Positions 1 to 9,119 of a stretch of DNA of 55,876 nt are shown here, piece by piece (position 1 is the first letter of the stretch; each line of letters begins with the position of its first letter). Under the pieces are notes generated by a model that did not search any database, had not been told where the DNA came from, and saw only the letters and a list, made by a program, of their open reading frames with translations. The DNA is taken from NCBI GenBank assembly GCA_964196535.1, contig CAXMUG010000083.1, positions 1 through 55,876 of the forward strand. Reading direction: 5' to 3'. The DNA is from an uncultured Mycobacterium sp. Its GTDB lineage: Bacteria; Pseudomonadota; Gammaproteobacteria; UBA4575. The translations under genes and the position numbers were made by a program.

Positions 1-2
1 TA

Positions 3-1112
3 ATGGTGGTTGCATTGGTTTGGACAAAAAAGGGTCCGGAAGCCAAGTTAGAAGAACTGCCGCCACTCAAAGTTGTAACTTTAGAGGTCCAACGCCAAGA
101 CTTATTGCCAACAGAATCATTAACTGGACGTTTGCAGCCCGTTAGAACTGTACAACTTAAATTTGAAGTGCAAGGGCGAGTAAAAGAGCGTTTAGTAGAG
201 CCTGGAGTATTGGTTGAACGAGGCGGCGAGCTTTTGAAACTGGATGCTCAAGATTTGCAAGATCAGTTTACTCAATCTCAGTCTCAATATGATATTGAGC
301 AAGCTGGAATTCGACGTGATCAGCGTATGCTTGCACTGGCAAAACAAAATTTAGAACTTCAAAAATCTGAAGTGCAGCGTTATGAGCAACTAAACAATAA
401 TTCATTAATATCTGCATCACAACTTGATGCAGCACGCCAACAAATGTTAACACTAGATTCACAAGTTTCTGATTTGCAATATAAGGTAACAACTTCACAA
501 GCTAGGATTACATTGAAAGAGTCTGGTCGCGATGTAACGCAACGAAATTTACAACGTGCTACCTTGACTGCGCCTTTTGCAGGTTACGTAAATGAAATTA
601 ATGCTGAGGTAGGGGATTTTGTAACCGCAACACAAGTTGTTGCGACTATTGTTGATACTAGCTCATTGGATTTGCAATTAGATGTGCGCGGAGAAGTCGT
701 TGCAGCATTAAGGCTTAATCAAGAAATTGATGTAATTGTGGGCTCTAAGACAATTCATGGAAAATTAATAGCATTACAAATGGATCCAAACATTTCTACT
801 AATACGCACGCGATACGCATACGACTGTCTGGCGACATGGTGCAATCAGGAATGTTAGCCAGCGCAGATGTGCCATTAGGGCAGCAGATCGATGTGCTAA
901 CTGTGCCGGTATCCGCTGTTGCGACCAATGCAGGCGAGAGTTTTGTGTATCGCTACCAAGATGGAACACTAAACAAGTTACCAGTGGTGGTAAGTAATCG
1001 AGTGGGTAGCAAATACATTATTGCATCTGGAGTTGAGGCGGGTGCGCAAATTGTAGCGCGTAACGTTGCCGGGTTGAAAGATGGCCAGCGTGTGGTTTTC
1101 GAAGCTAACTAA
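3..1112 (+). CDS. Efflux RND periplasmic adaptor (membrane-fusion protein, HlyD family), probably 5'-truncated by the window edge
   Basis: The 369-aa ORF has the MFP layout: a coiled-coil hairpin (QSQYDIEQAGIRRDQRMLALAKQNLELQKSEVQRYEQL) and a barrel-sandwich motif (LTAPFAGYVNEINAEVGDFV). It lies just upstream of an RND permease. No complete N-terminal anchor is visible. Confidence 0.85.
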   Translation: MVVALVWTKKGPEAKLEELPPLKVVTLEVQRQDLLPTESLTGRLQPVRTVQLKFEVQGRVKERLVEPGVLVERGGELLKLDAQDLQDQFTQSQSQYDIEQAGIRRDQRMLALAKQNLELQKSEVQRYEQLNNNSLISASQLDAARQQMLTLDSQVSDLQYKVTTSQARITLKESGRDVTQRNLQRATLTAPFAGYVNEINAEVGDFVTATQVVATIVDTSSLDLQLDVRGEVVAALRLNQEIDVIVGSKTIHGKLIALQMDPNISTNTHAIRIRLSGDMVQSGMLASADVPLGQQIDVLTVPVSAVATNAGESFVYRYQDGTLNKLPVVVSNRVGSKYIIASGVEAGAQIVARNVAGLKDGQRVVFEAN

Positions 1113-1217
1113 TTTCTTAGTATAAAAAGCATGAGATATTTTTCAATACGAGGCGTGGCGCTTTGATGCCGGCTTTTTCTCTTACAAATATGCCGTGCAG
1201 TACTTCCTGTATATATA

Positions 1218-1258
1218 GCACAGTTTGCATTGCTGCAAATGAGCAACGCAAACTGTGC
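1218..1258 (+). other. Intercistronic stem-loop between the adaptor and permease genes (11-bp perfect stem GCACAGTTTGC / GCAAACTGTGC, 19-nt loop)
   Basis: I read the two arms directly as exact reverse complements at 1218-1228 and 1248-1258. They sit inside an unusually long 181-nt spacer between two genes that normally abut. Confidence 0.6.
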
Positions 1259-1293
1259 CGCAACGAAGTAGTGAGGCATAAGGCGAATTATTA

Positions 1294-4200
1294 ATGGGCA
1301 TTATTAATTTTTCAATCAAAAATCCTCTGGTTGTTAATTTATTTTTGATTCTTGTTGTAGTGCTAGGTGTCATTTCTTGGCGCAGTATGCCGCAAGAAAT
1401 GTTTCCAGTGGTCGAGATCGATAAGGTTCGTATCAGCACAGAATTTGAAGGCGCGCCACCTGAAGAAGTTGAGTCACAAGTTACTATTCCTATTGAAGAT
1501 GAGTTGGATTTACTCGCAGACATTGATGTCGTTACTTCAGAGAGTAATGAAGGAATTTCTAAAATTGTTATTGATCTTAAACCCGACACAAATGTTGATG
1601 AGTTTGTGCGTGACTTGCGTTCCACTGTAGATGCGATAACCGATCTTCCAGAAGAATCAGAAAGGCCTACTATCACGCGGTTAAAAACCCGCTTTCCTGT
1701 AATTAGTCTAAGTGTATATGGAGACGTATCAACGGGAACATTGGTGAAAACTGCTAAAGATATTAAAAGTCGATTGCAGCAATTAGACGGGGTTGCCAGT
1801 GTCAGTATTGCTGGCGAACGCGAATGGGAATTATGGGTGGTGGTGGATCCATTTGTTATGTCTGCACGTAATGTGTCATTAACCGCTATCACTTCTGCAT
1901 TACGTAATAACCTTAGAGACTTGCCAGGGGGGTCGCTTAAAGCATCAGAAGGGGATATTTTGCTGCGCGGCAAAGGTGCTGCACAAAATATTGAAGCTAC
2001 GAAAAAAATCGTTTTACGCAATGATCTTAATGGCGGACAGCTTGTATTGGGTGAGGTTGCAGATGTGCAGCTAAGGTTGGAGGAAACCAAAACCTTGGGG
2101 CGTTTCAATAATAAGCCTTCTGTGAATCTTACAATTACAAAAACTGCAAAGGCTTCAACAATCGAAGTATCCAAGTTAACTCGTGAACTTGCAGAACAAA
2201 TACAACAAGAGCTTCCTCCCGGCATCAAAGTTGGTTTATTTAGTGACTTATCTATTTATGTGAAGACTCGATTAGAGACCTTAAAGTCATCTGGGGCAGT
2301 GGGATTAGTACTGGTCTTGTTATCTTTGTATTTATTCTTAAATTTCAGAGTGGCTGCGATTACAGCGATGGGTATTCCGGTTTCATTCTTGGTGGCCGTG
2401 ACCATCATTTATTACCTTGGTTACACTATAAATATGGTGTCCATGTTTGCATTTTTAATTGCCTTGGGAATGATAGTAGATGATGCCATTATCGTTACCG
2501 AGAATACGTATCGTCATATGGAAGAAGGTATGGCCGCAGTACCGGCGGCAAAGATTGGCGCGAGCGAGGTATTCTGGCCGGTAATGGCTTCAACTTGCAC
2601 TACGGTTGCAGCTTTTTTGCCAATGTTTGGCGTGTCAGGAACCTTGGGTTTGTTTATACAGGTTATCCCGGTAGTGGTTACAGCATCCTTGGTTGGGTCA
2701 TTATTAGAGGCCTTTATCGTTTTGCCTTCTCATTCTGCAGAAATGCTGCGCTTAGCTAAACATAAAAAGCGCAGCAGAATTAATTGGCAAAAGTGGTTAG
2801 AAAAATATATTGCTGTGGTGAAATATGCCTTGCGAAATCGGTATTTCATTTCTGCGGTTACTATTGGCGTGTTAAGTGTTGTGTTGGCATTTGCGAAAAC
2901 GCATATGCCATACAATCAATTCGGTGATGTGGAGATTGGACAATTTCTGGTAAACGTGGAAGCCCCAAATACCTATAGCATTGAAGATACCACGGAGCTT
3001 GCAATTGAAATCGAACAGCGCATGGATAAAATATTTCAAGAAAATGAGCTGGATACACTATTAACTAATGTAGGTGTGACACTAATAGATTTTAATCGTT
3101 TAAAACTTGGCAGTAATTACATTCAATTTGTAGTTGATCTAAAAAAACCAAAACCAAAAGGTTTGGTTGAAAAATTTGTGAGTCCTTTAGTGAATATGCG
3201 CTTTACAGCGCAAGGCGTGCGAGATCGAAGCACTGAAGTTATATTAAGTGATGTTAGAGAAAGTGTTGCTTCGATACCTGGCATTCAGCGCTTTTCTATT
3301 TTGCGCCCACAAGGCGGTCCAGCAGGTTCAGATATAGAAGTAGGTATTGTTGGTAAAGAAACTGAAAAGTTACTTAGTTTATCGGGCGAAGTGGTTACAT
3401 TTTTACGCCGTGTGCCGGGAGTGCGGGATGTACGACAGGATTTAGAGCCCGGTAAACTAGAATATCAATACACTATAAATGCGCGCGGTAGAGAGTTAGG
3501 TCTTACGCAAACGCAAATAGCCGACGCAGTGCGTACAGGTTACTTGGGTTTGGAAGTTATGCAAGTAAATTGGAAATCAGACCGTTATCCGGTACGGGTA
3601 ATTTACCCAGAGTCGATTCGTAAAGATGGCGCGGGCTTAAGTCGATTGCCGATTACATTAGAAAGTGGCGGAACAGTTTATTTAGGTGAAATAGCCAATA
3701 TTGAATTAGGGCGTGGACTTGGTGCAGTTCAACGGCGAGACTCAAAACGTTTGTCGCTTATCACGGCAGAGGTGGATAAGGACGTCATAACACCATTAGA
3801 GGTTACCGAACTTTTGGGTCAGGAATTTAAATCAATAAGTGATGATCACTTTGGTTATTCACTATTATTTTTAGGTGAGAAGAAAGAAGCTCAAGATTCA
3901 TTCAATGATATCGGTAAAATGTTGGTGATTGCTTTAGCAGTGATATTTTTTATTTTAGCGGCATTATTCAAATCCTTGCTTGATCCATTTGTAATCATGT
4001 TTGCGATACCTTTCGCAATTGTAGGTGTGATTGTTGGGCATATGCTGTTCGGTTATAACTTGCAGTTTTTATCCATGATAGGGTTTCTTGCCTTGACGGG
4101 AATTGTAGTGAATGACTCGTTGATTCTGATTGATTTTGCTAAAAAGAAAATAGCGGATGGAGCAGATTGTTTTGATGCGTTAGTTGAAGCAGGGCGAGTA

Positions 4201-4437
4201 AGGATTCGGCCTATTTTATTAACAACAGTTACTACATTCTTAGGTATTTCGCCGTTAATATTTTTTGCTAGCGGCCAAACCGCATTTCTTTCGCCGATGG
4301 CAGTAAGCTTAGGGTTCGGCTTGATCTTTGCAACGGTATTAATACTCATTGTATTACCGTGTTTTTATATGATTGCGGATGATTTGCGTAATTATACTTC
4401 TGAAAAAATCAGATCCATGAAGGAAAGCCCTGTATAG
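1294..4437 (+). CDS. RND efflux transporter permease (AcrB/AcrD/AcrF superfamily)
   Basis: The 1047-aa ORF shows the typical RND duplication: two large periplasmic loops and 12 predicted TM segments. Family-typical stretches include VDDAIIVTENTYRHMEEG and GIVVNDSLILIDFAKK. Confidence 0.95.
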   Translation: MGIINFSIKNPLVVNLFLILVVVLGVISWRSMPQEMFPVVEIDKVRISTEFEGAPPEEVESQVTIPIEDELDLLADIDVVTSESNEGISKIVIDLKPDTNVDEFVRDLRSTVDAITDLPEESERPTITRLKTRFPVISLSVYGDVSTGTLVKTAKDIKSRLQQLDGVASVSIAGEREWELWVVVDPFVMSARNVSLTAITSALRNNLRDLPGGSLKASEGDILLRGKGAAQNIEATKKIVLRNDLNGGQLVLGEVADVQLRLEETKTLGRFNNKPSVNLTITKTAKASTIEVSKLTRELAEQIQQELPPGIKVGLFSDLSIYVKTRLETLKSSGAVGLVLVLLSLYLFLNFRVAAITAMGIPVSFLVAVTIIYYLGYTINMVSMFAFLIALGMIVDDAIIVTENTYRHMEEGMAAVPAAKIGASEVFWPVMASTCTTVAAFLPMFGVSGTLGLFIQVIPVVVTASLVGSLLEAFIVLPSHSAEMLRLAKHKKRSRINWQKWLEKYIAVVKYALRNRYFISAVTIGVLSVVLAFAKTHMPYNQFGDVEIGQFLVNVEAPNTYSIEDTTELAIEIEQRMDKIFQENELDTLLTNVGVTLIDFNRLKLGSNYIQFVVDLKKPKPKGLVEKFVSPLVNMRFTAQGVRDRSTEVILSDVRESVASIPGIQRFSILRPQGGPAGSDIEVGIVGKETEKLLSLSGEVVTFLRRVPGVRDVRQDLEPGKLEYQYTINARGRELGLTQTQIADAVRTGYLGLEVMQVNWKSDRYPVRVIYPESIRKDGAGLSRLPITLESGGTVYLGEIANIELGRGLGAVQRRDSKRLSLITAEVDKDVITPLEVTELLGQEFKSISDDHFGYSLLFLGEKKEAQDSFNDIGKMLVIALAVIFFILAALFKSLLDPFVIMFAIPFAIVGVIVGHMLFGYNLQFLSMIGFLALTGIVVNDSLILIDFAKKKIADGADCFDALVEAGRVRIRPILLTTVTTFLGISPLIFFASGQTAFLSPMAVSLGFGLIFATVLILIVLPCFYMIADDLRNYTSEKIRSMKESPV

Positions 4438-4696
4438 AAACTTTTAGATTTAGATGTATTGATTTTGGTAATACATAGCGCTAGCCCTTAGAGTAGTTAT
4501 GTTGGTTAAAAAACCTGCTATAGTCATTTTTCAATCTAAGGTGCACATTGGTCTGCATCCTTGTTCTTAGTGATAGTCGGGCGGTAATCGTCCCAATTCA
4601 CCTCAATAAAACTAAATTTAATACAAAATAGTTTTCGCCTAGACCATTCCAATCTTTATCTATTGGATGGGCCGATCTCTGGAGATAGTACAAAAA

Positions 4697-6058
4697 ATGT
4701 CATTTGAATCACTCGGTTTAAGAACCGAATTACTCCGTGCTGCGTCTGAAAAAGGCTACAGCACACCTACACCCATACAAACCCAGGCCATTCCTCTTAT
4801 ATTAGAAGGACGCGACCTAATGGGTGGCGCGCAAACCGGTACGGGGAAAACCGCTGGTTTTACTTTGCCGATGTTGCAAAGACTAATGGAGAGCAAGCCT
4901 CAAAAAGGTCGTCGCGCAATTCGTACTTTAGTGCTAACACCAACGCGCGAACTCGCTGCGCAAGTTACCGAAAGTGTACGGATGTATGGCAAATACTTGC
5001 CTCTTCGATCTACTGCAGTATTTGGCGGTGTAAGCATCAATCCACAAATTAAAAAACTGCGCGATGGCGTAGATGTTTTAGTTGCTACACCCGGCAGATT
5101 ATTAGATCACGTGGGTCAAAATACAATTGATCTTTCAAAAGTAGAAATACTAGTGCTTGATGAAGCGGATCGCATGTTGGATATGGGTTTCATTCATGAT
5201 ATCCGCAAAGTGCTAAAATTATTACCTAAGAAAAAACAAACCTTATTATTTTCTGCAACGTTCTCAAATGAGATTAAACGTTTGGCGGGAGATTTGCTTC
5301 ACGAGCCCGAGTTAATTGAAGTTGCACAGCGAAATGCTTCGGCCGAGCGCGTAACACAAGTAGTTCACCCGGTTGATGCTAAGAAAAAGCGTAAATTACT
5401 TTCGAAGTTAATTGGTGAGGGTAATTGGAAACAAGTTTTAGTATTTGCGCGAACTAAAAGAAATTGTGATCGTCTTGCACAAGCATTAATTAAAGATGGT
5501 TTGGACGCTGCAGCAATTCATGGTGGTAAAAGTCAGGGTGCTCGCACAAAAGCATTAGCACATTTCAAGTCTGGAAAAGTGAGAGTATTGGTGGCAACCG
5601 ATATCGCTGCACGTGGCTTGGATATTAGCCAACTCCCGCATGTAGTGAACTATGAGTTACCACATGTGCCTGAAGATTATGTGCATCGAATTGGTCGTAC
5701 CGGACGAGCTGGACATGAAGGTGAGGCGGTATCATTAGTATGCATAGATGAAGCAAAGTTACTAAAAGATATTGAACGTCTGATTAAGATCGAGATTCCA
5801 AAAGTAGTCATTGAAAACTTTGAGCCGGATCCAACCATCAAAGCGCAACCGATTACTATGGGTCGTCAACAGCAACCGCGTCGAGGTCAGGGCCAAGGCG
5901 CGAAAAAGCCGTCACAAAGAAGACAGTCTGGTTCTGGAAAGAAACAAGCCAATGGCAATAAAATGAAGCCATCACCTTCATCGTCTCCATATAAGGGTCG
6001 TTCGAACAATCAAGGACGAACAGGAAATCGTGCACGTCAACAAAGCTCACATGCTTGA
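4697..6058 (+). CDS. rhlE: DEAD-box ATP-dependent RNA helicase (RhlE-like) with a basic low-complexity C-terminal tail
   Basis: All helicase motifs are present: Q motif TPTPIQ, motif [16 protein letters not shown] and [11 protein letters not shown] prefer the ATG at 4697 (MSFESLGL) over the upstream ATG at 4667 because GGAGA lies about 13 nt upstream of it. Confidence 0.9.
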   Translation: MSFESLGLRTELLRAASEKGYSTPTPIQTQAIPLILEGRDLMGGAQTGTGKTAGFTLPMLQRLMESKPQKGRRAIRTLVLTPTRELAAQVTESVRMYGKYLPLRSTAVFGGVSINPQIKKLRDGVDVLVATPGRLLDHVGQNTIDLSKVEILVLDEADRMLDMGFIHDIRKVLKLLPKKKQTLLFSATFSNEIKRLAGDLLHEPELIEVAQRNASAERVTQVVHPVDAKKKRKLLSKLIGEGNWKQVLVFARTKRNCDRLAQALIKDGLDAAAIHGGKSQGARTKALAHFKSGKVRVLVATDIAARGLDISQLPHVVNYELPHVPEDYVHRIGRTGRAGHEGEAVSLVCIDEAKLLKDIERLIKIEIPKVVIENFEPDPTIKAQPITMGRQQQPRRGQGQGAKKPSQRRQSGSGKKQANGNKMKPSPSSSPYKGRSNNQGRTGNRARQQSSHA

Positions 6059-6382
6059 GTGATCAAATTCCTGAATGTCTGTATAAATGAGTAGATGTTC
6101 CTGATTAGCTAAATAATTGTATAGCTAGTCGGGAATCGCAGAGCCAAGTGAAAATAAGGCGTTATGTTTGGGCTCAAGCTTGTCAGCTTTGATAATGCTT
6201 ATTCGTATAATAATAAAAGGATTTATTAAATAATAATGTTATTTTCTGCTGAACCTGCTTTATTCATTCAAAGCGCGATGATTTTTTCCGTGATTATTGC
6301 TGCTTCAATTACGATGGTTAAAAAGCTCATAAGAGTTTTTGTTTAAATGCCTGCTTCGGGTCGTTAGCAGTCATTGCTTTGT

Positions 6383-6658
6383 TCAAAACTCTGAGACACA
6401 TTTATTAATGGTATCAATCATTGCTTCCGTCTGATTTGTAAATTCCTGCATATGTTTTCTCTCTAAATATTGCTTCCAGCTACCTTCACTTTCCCAGAGT
6501 TGGTCGAAAAAAAATACAAGACGATTATCAAGTGAAGGATGAAGATCACATTGAATACAACCATGTGCTTTTCTAGTGATGCCAATAATTGACCGAAGAG
6601 CTTTTTCCAATGCATCTTTATGTTGAGGCTTAGCTAAATATTTAATTATGATTTTCAT
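6383..6658 (-). CDS. Small ABM-fold protein (antibiotic-biosynthesis-monooxygenase / putative quinol monooxygenase-like)
   Basis: The 91-aa ORF has ABM-type length and pattern (MKIIIKYLAKPQHKDALEKAL...FFFDQLWESEGSWKQYLERKHMQEF). There is no Shine-Dalgarno sequence at normal spacing. The nearest AGGA is 15 nt upstream of the ATG. Confidence 0.65.
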   Translation of the reverse strand: MKIIIKYLAKPQHKDALEKALRSIIGITRKAHGCIQCDLHPSLDNRLVFFFDQLWESEGSWKQYLERKHMQEFTNQTEAMIDTINKCVSEF

Positions 6659-6672
6659 GTATGTGTAAGGTT

Positions 6673-6820
6673 ATCCTGAATATCTGCTTTGGGTCGATTG
6701 AAATTTGCTCCTCGGCAACTGCTCCTGCCTCCATGCAGTCGTGTAATTTCTGCACTTCCACCATCCATGGTGGTCGTAATTGGACATTCTTGGTTCATTA
6801 AAAGTTACTAATTCTAATCC
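6673..6820 (-). ncRNA. Candidate Csr/Rsm-family GGA-repeat RNA, or a CsrA-controlled leader of the ABM gene (locus A)
   Basis: By my count the minus strand carries 7 GGA in about 148 nt. Two of them sit in hairpin loops: CCACCAUGGAUGGUGG (6773..6758) and CUGCAUGGAGGCAG (6738..6725). The module is related to the one at 29085-29345. Confidence 0.4.
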
Positions 6821-6849
6821 AAAAAAAACGCCGGATAAAATCCGGCGTT
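6821..6849 (-). terminator. Rho-independent terminator of the pyrophosphatase gene
   Basis: The minus-strand RNA reads AACGCCGGA-UUUUA-UCCGGCGUU followed by a run of 8 U. It lies 24 nt after the stop codon. Confidence 0.85.
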
Positions 6850-6872
6850 TAAGTGAACCAAAGAAATATAAA

Positions 6873-8879
6873 TTAAAGTAACGGTGCAATCACTAAGCTC
6901 ACAATCGCCATTACGTTAATCAAAATATTCATCGATGGGACAGAGGTATCTTTGAACGGATCTCCTACAGTGTCACCCACGACTACTGCAGTATGTGTAT
7001 CTGAACCTTTCCCGCCCAGATTACCTTTTTCAACATACTTTTTAGCGTTGTCCCATGCGCCACCAGCATTGGCCATCATTAGTGCCATCAATACACAAAC
7101 GAGTAAAGCGCCACCTAGCATTCCGCCTAGGGTTTCAGCACCAAAACCAAAACCGACCACTACCGGTGCAACTACGGCTAATATTCCCGGTGGGATCATG
7201 CGCTTTAACGCTGCTGTGGTTGCTATGTCTACACAACGAACCGTATCCGGTTTTGCGGTGCCTTCTAATAGGCCTGGAATTTCTTTGAATTGACGACGAA
7301 TCTCTTTAATCATGTCGAAGGCTGCTTCACCTACTGCCGTCATGGTCATGGAGGCCACAATAAATGGGAAGACACCGCCAATGAATAGACCGATTAAAAC
7401 TTTTGGATTGCTTAAATCAAGAATAATCGTGCCACTACCGTGAGCACTTACCTCGGCAAGGAAAGCGGTAATAATTGCTAGTGCAGCAAGTGCTGCAGCA
7501 CCAATTGCGAAGCCTTTACCAATAGCAGCAGTGGTGTTGCCCACTTCATCAAGTTCGTCGGTAATTTTGCGAACGTCTTCACCGAGCTTGGCCATTTCTG
7601 CAATACCACCTGCGTTATCCGCTACTGGTCCGTAAGCATCAATTGCCATGGTGATACCAACCGTTGCAAGCATGCCTACTGCGGCAATACCTACACCATA
7701 TAGATCAGCAAATTGGTTAGCGAAGTAAATTATCGCAGCAATGGATAACACTGGAACAACTACAGATTGCATGCCGATAGCTAAACCAGAAATCATTACT
7801 GTTGCAGGGCCGGTTTCACCACTTTTGGCAATTTTTCTTACTGGTGCGCCGCCGGTGTAATACTCGGTCACCAGTCCAATAACGATTCCACCTACTGCGC
7901 CCGCTAGTACTGCAATCCATACGCCATTATCAACACCCAGTGCTTTTATGGTGAAGTATGCAGCAATGATGAAAATCACTGCTGCTGAGAAGGTGCCCAG
8001 ACGTAATGCGGTGGCGGGTGCTTTAGCCGCAAATATTTTAACGATGATGATGCCAAGAATTGAACAAAGCAGGCCAACCGAGGCTAAGCCTAATGGTAAG
8101 AACATTAATGTTTGTTTTGCACCTAGATGTTCAATGACGGCGGGTCCTAGTGTTGCTGCAATGGCGATGGTGGCAATAATAGAACCGCAATACGATTCAA
8201 AAATATCTGAACCCATACCGGCGACGTCGCCTACGTTGTCTCCAACATTATCGGCAATCACACCTGGATTACGTGGGTCGTCTTCTGGGATACCGGCTTC
8301 GATTTTTCCTACTAAGTCAGCACCGACGTCAGCACTCTTGGTGAAGATACCGCCGCCAACGCGCGAGAATAAGGCTACTGTAGATGCGCCCATACCAAAG
8401 CCATGAATAACATTGGCAGTAGCAGGATCACGCCCATACATTAAATAGAGTGCACCTAATCCTAATAAGCCCATCGCCGCAACGGTTAGGCCCATGATTG
8501 AGCCACCAAAGAAAGCCACGTTTAATGCAGCACCTGCGCCTTTTTCGCTCGCTGCTGTCGTGGTGCGAATATTAGCTCGTGTCGCAGTATGCATGCCGAT
8601 GAAGCCGGCAGCAGAGGAGCACAAGGCACCAATAATGAAGGCTATGGCAGTTCTAGAGCCTAGGTCTGAGATCCAGATTGCTGCAACCACAAAGGCTGAA
8701 AAGATAAATAAGATAGTGTATTCACGGCGTATAAAGGTCATTGCGCCTTTATGAATTTCTTCGCCAATTTCAACGACTTTGCCGCTGCCAGGTGAGTAAC
8801 TCATTACAATTCGATAGAGGATAAAGGCTACGATGAGGCCTACTCCTCCAAGAATCACAGGTAGCTGGTCGATGTTCAT
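6873..8879 (-). CDS. hppA: Membrane-integral pyrophosphatase (K+-dependent subfamily; gate-residue pattern suggests Na+ translocation)
   Basis: The 668-aa polytopic ORF contains the mPPase motifs [53 protein letters not shown] and DTVGDPFKD. Confidence 0.95.
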   Translation of the reverse strand: MNIDQLPVILGGVGLIVAFILYRIVMSYSPGSGKVVEIGEEIHKGAMTFIRREYTILFIFSAFVVAAIWISDLGSRTAIAFIIGALCSSAAGFIGMHTATRANIRTTTAASEKGAGAALNVAFFGGSIMGLTVAAMGLLGLGALYLMYGRDPATANVIHGFGMGASTVALFSRVGGGIFTKSADVGADLVGKIEAGIPEDDPRNPGVIADNVGDNVGDVAGMGSDIFESYCGSIIATIAIAATLGPAVIEHLGAKQTLMFLPLGLASVGLLCSILGIIIVKIFAAKAPATALRLGTFSAAVIFIIAAYFTIKALGVDNGVWIAVLAGAVGGIVIGLVTEYYTGGAPVRKIAKSGETGPATVMISGLAIGMQSVVVPVLSIAAIIYFANQFADLYGVGIAAVGMLATVGITMAIDAYGPVADNAGGIAEMAKLGEDVRKITDELDEVGNTTAAIGKGFAIGAAALAALAIITAFLAEVSAHGSGTIILDLSNPKVLIGLFIGGVFPFIVASMTMTAVGEAAFDMIKEIRRQFKEIPGLLEGTAKPDTVRCVDIATTAALKRMIPPGILAVVAPVVVGFGFGAETLGGMLGGALLVCVLMALMMANAGGAWDNAKKYVEKGNLGGKGSDTHTAVVVGDTVGDPFKDTSVPSMNILINVMAIVSLVIAPLL

Positions 8880-9119
8880 TAATCTTTCTCCAAAAAAATC
8901 GCTTGTTATTTATGTCTAAGATGAGTGCAGTCGTCGAGCTGTTTTCGTTTTTCTAGTCATTTTCGACTGGCCGCTGATTATATAAGTAAACTGAGGCCAT
9001 TCAACTAATGAATAATCTTATGCAATCAAAAAATACATTTGGTTAAAATACACTATAAAATGTAGGTTAGTATCTTTTGACATGATTACCCTCTTATATT
9101 TGTAAGGTGTATTAGCGAA

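Noticed and set aside
1182-2228. A 348-aa minus-strand ORF lies antisense to the RND permease gene.
   Set aside because: It lies entirely inside a gene with unmistakable RND homology. Its sequence is Ser/Thr/Cys-rich and low in complexity, with no motif or RBS. It is a typical antisense shadow ORF.
6236-6346. A 36-codon hydrophobic small ORF (MLFSAEPALFIQSAMIFSVIIAASITMVKKLIRVFV) lies in the rhlE/ABM convergent gap.
   Set aside because: The only SD-like AGGA is about 13 nt from the ATG, and the best -35/-10 pair has a 20-nt spacer. I could not assess conservation. It might be a real small membrane peptide, but the sequence alone does not support calling it.
6663-6680. TGTAAG-GTTATC-CTGAAT looks like a possible GacA/UvrY box (TGTAAG-N6-CTTACA) next to GGA locus A.
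   Set aside because: Only the first half-site matches, and the second half matches at 3 of 6 positions. The sequence also lies downstream of the candidate RNA on its strand, not upstream. It is not credible as the RNA's upstream activating sequence.
6671-6889. A 72-aa ORF covers GGA-repeat locus A, and a 64-aa ORF at 29149-29343 covers locus B. The two share an HGWW peptide.
   Set aside because: The shared peptide only reflects the shared CAUGGAUGGUGG hairpin. The second repeat unit falls in different reading frames at the two loci. The 6889 start lies inside hppA, and that ORF would have to read through a strong terminator. Neither ORF has an RBS. An RNA-level explanation fits better.
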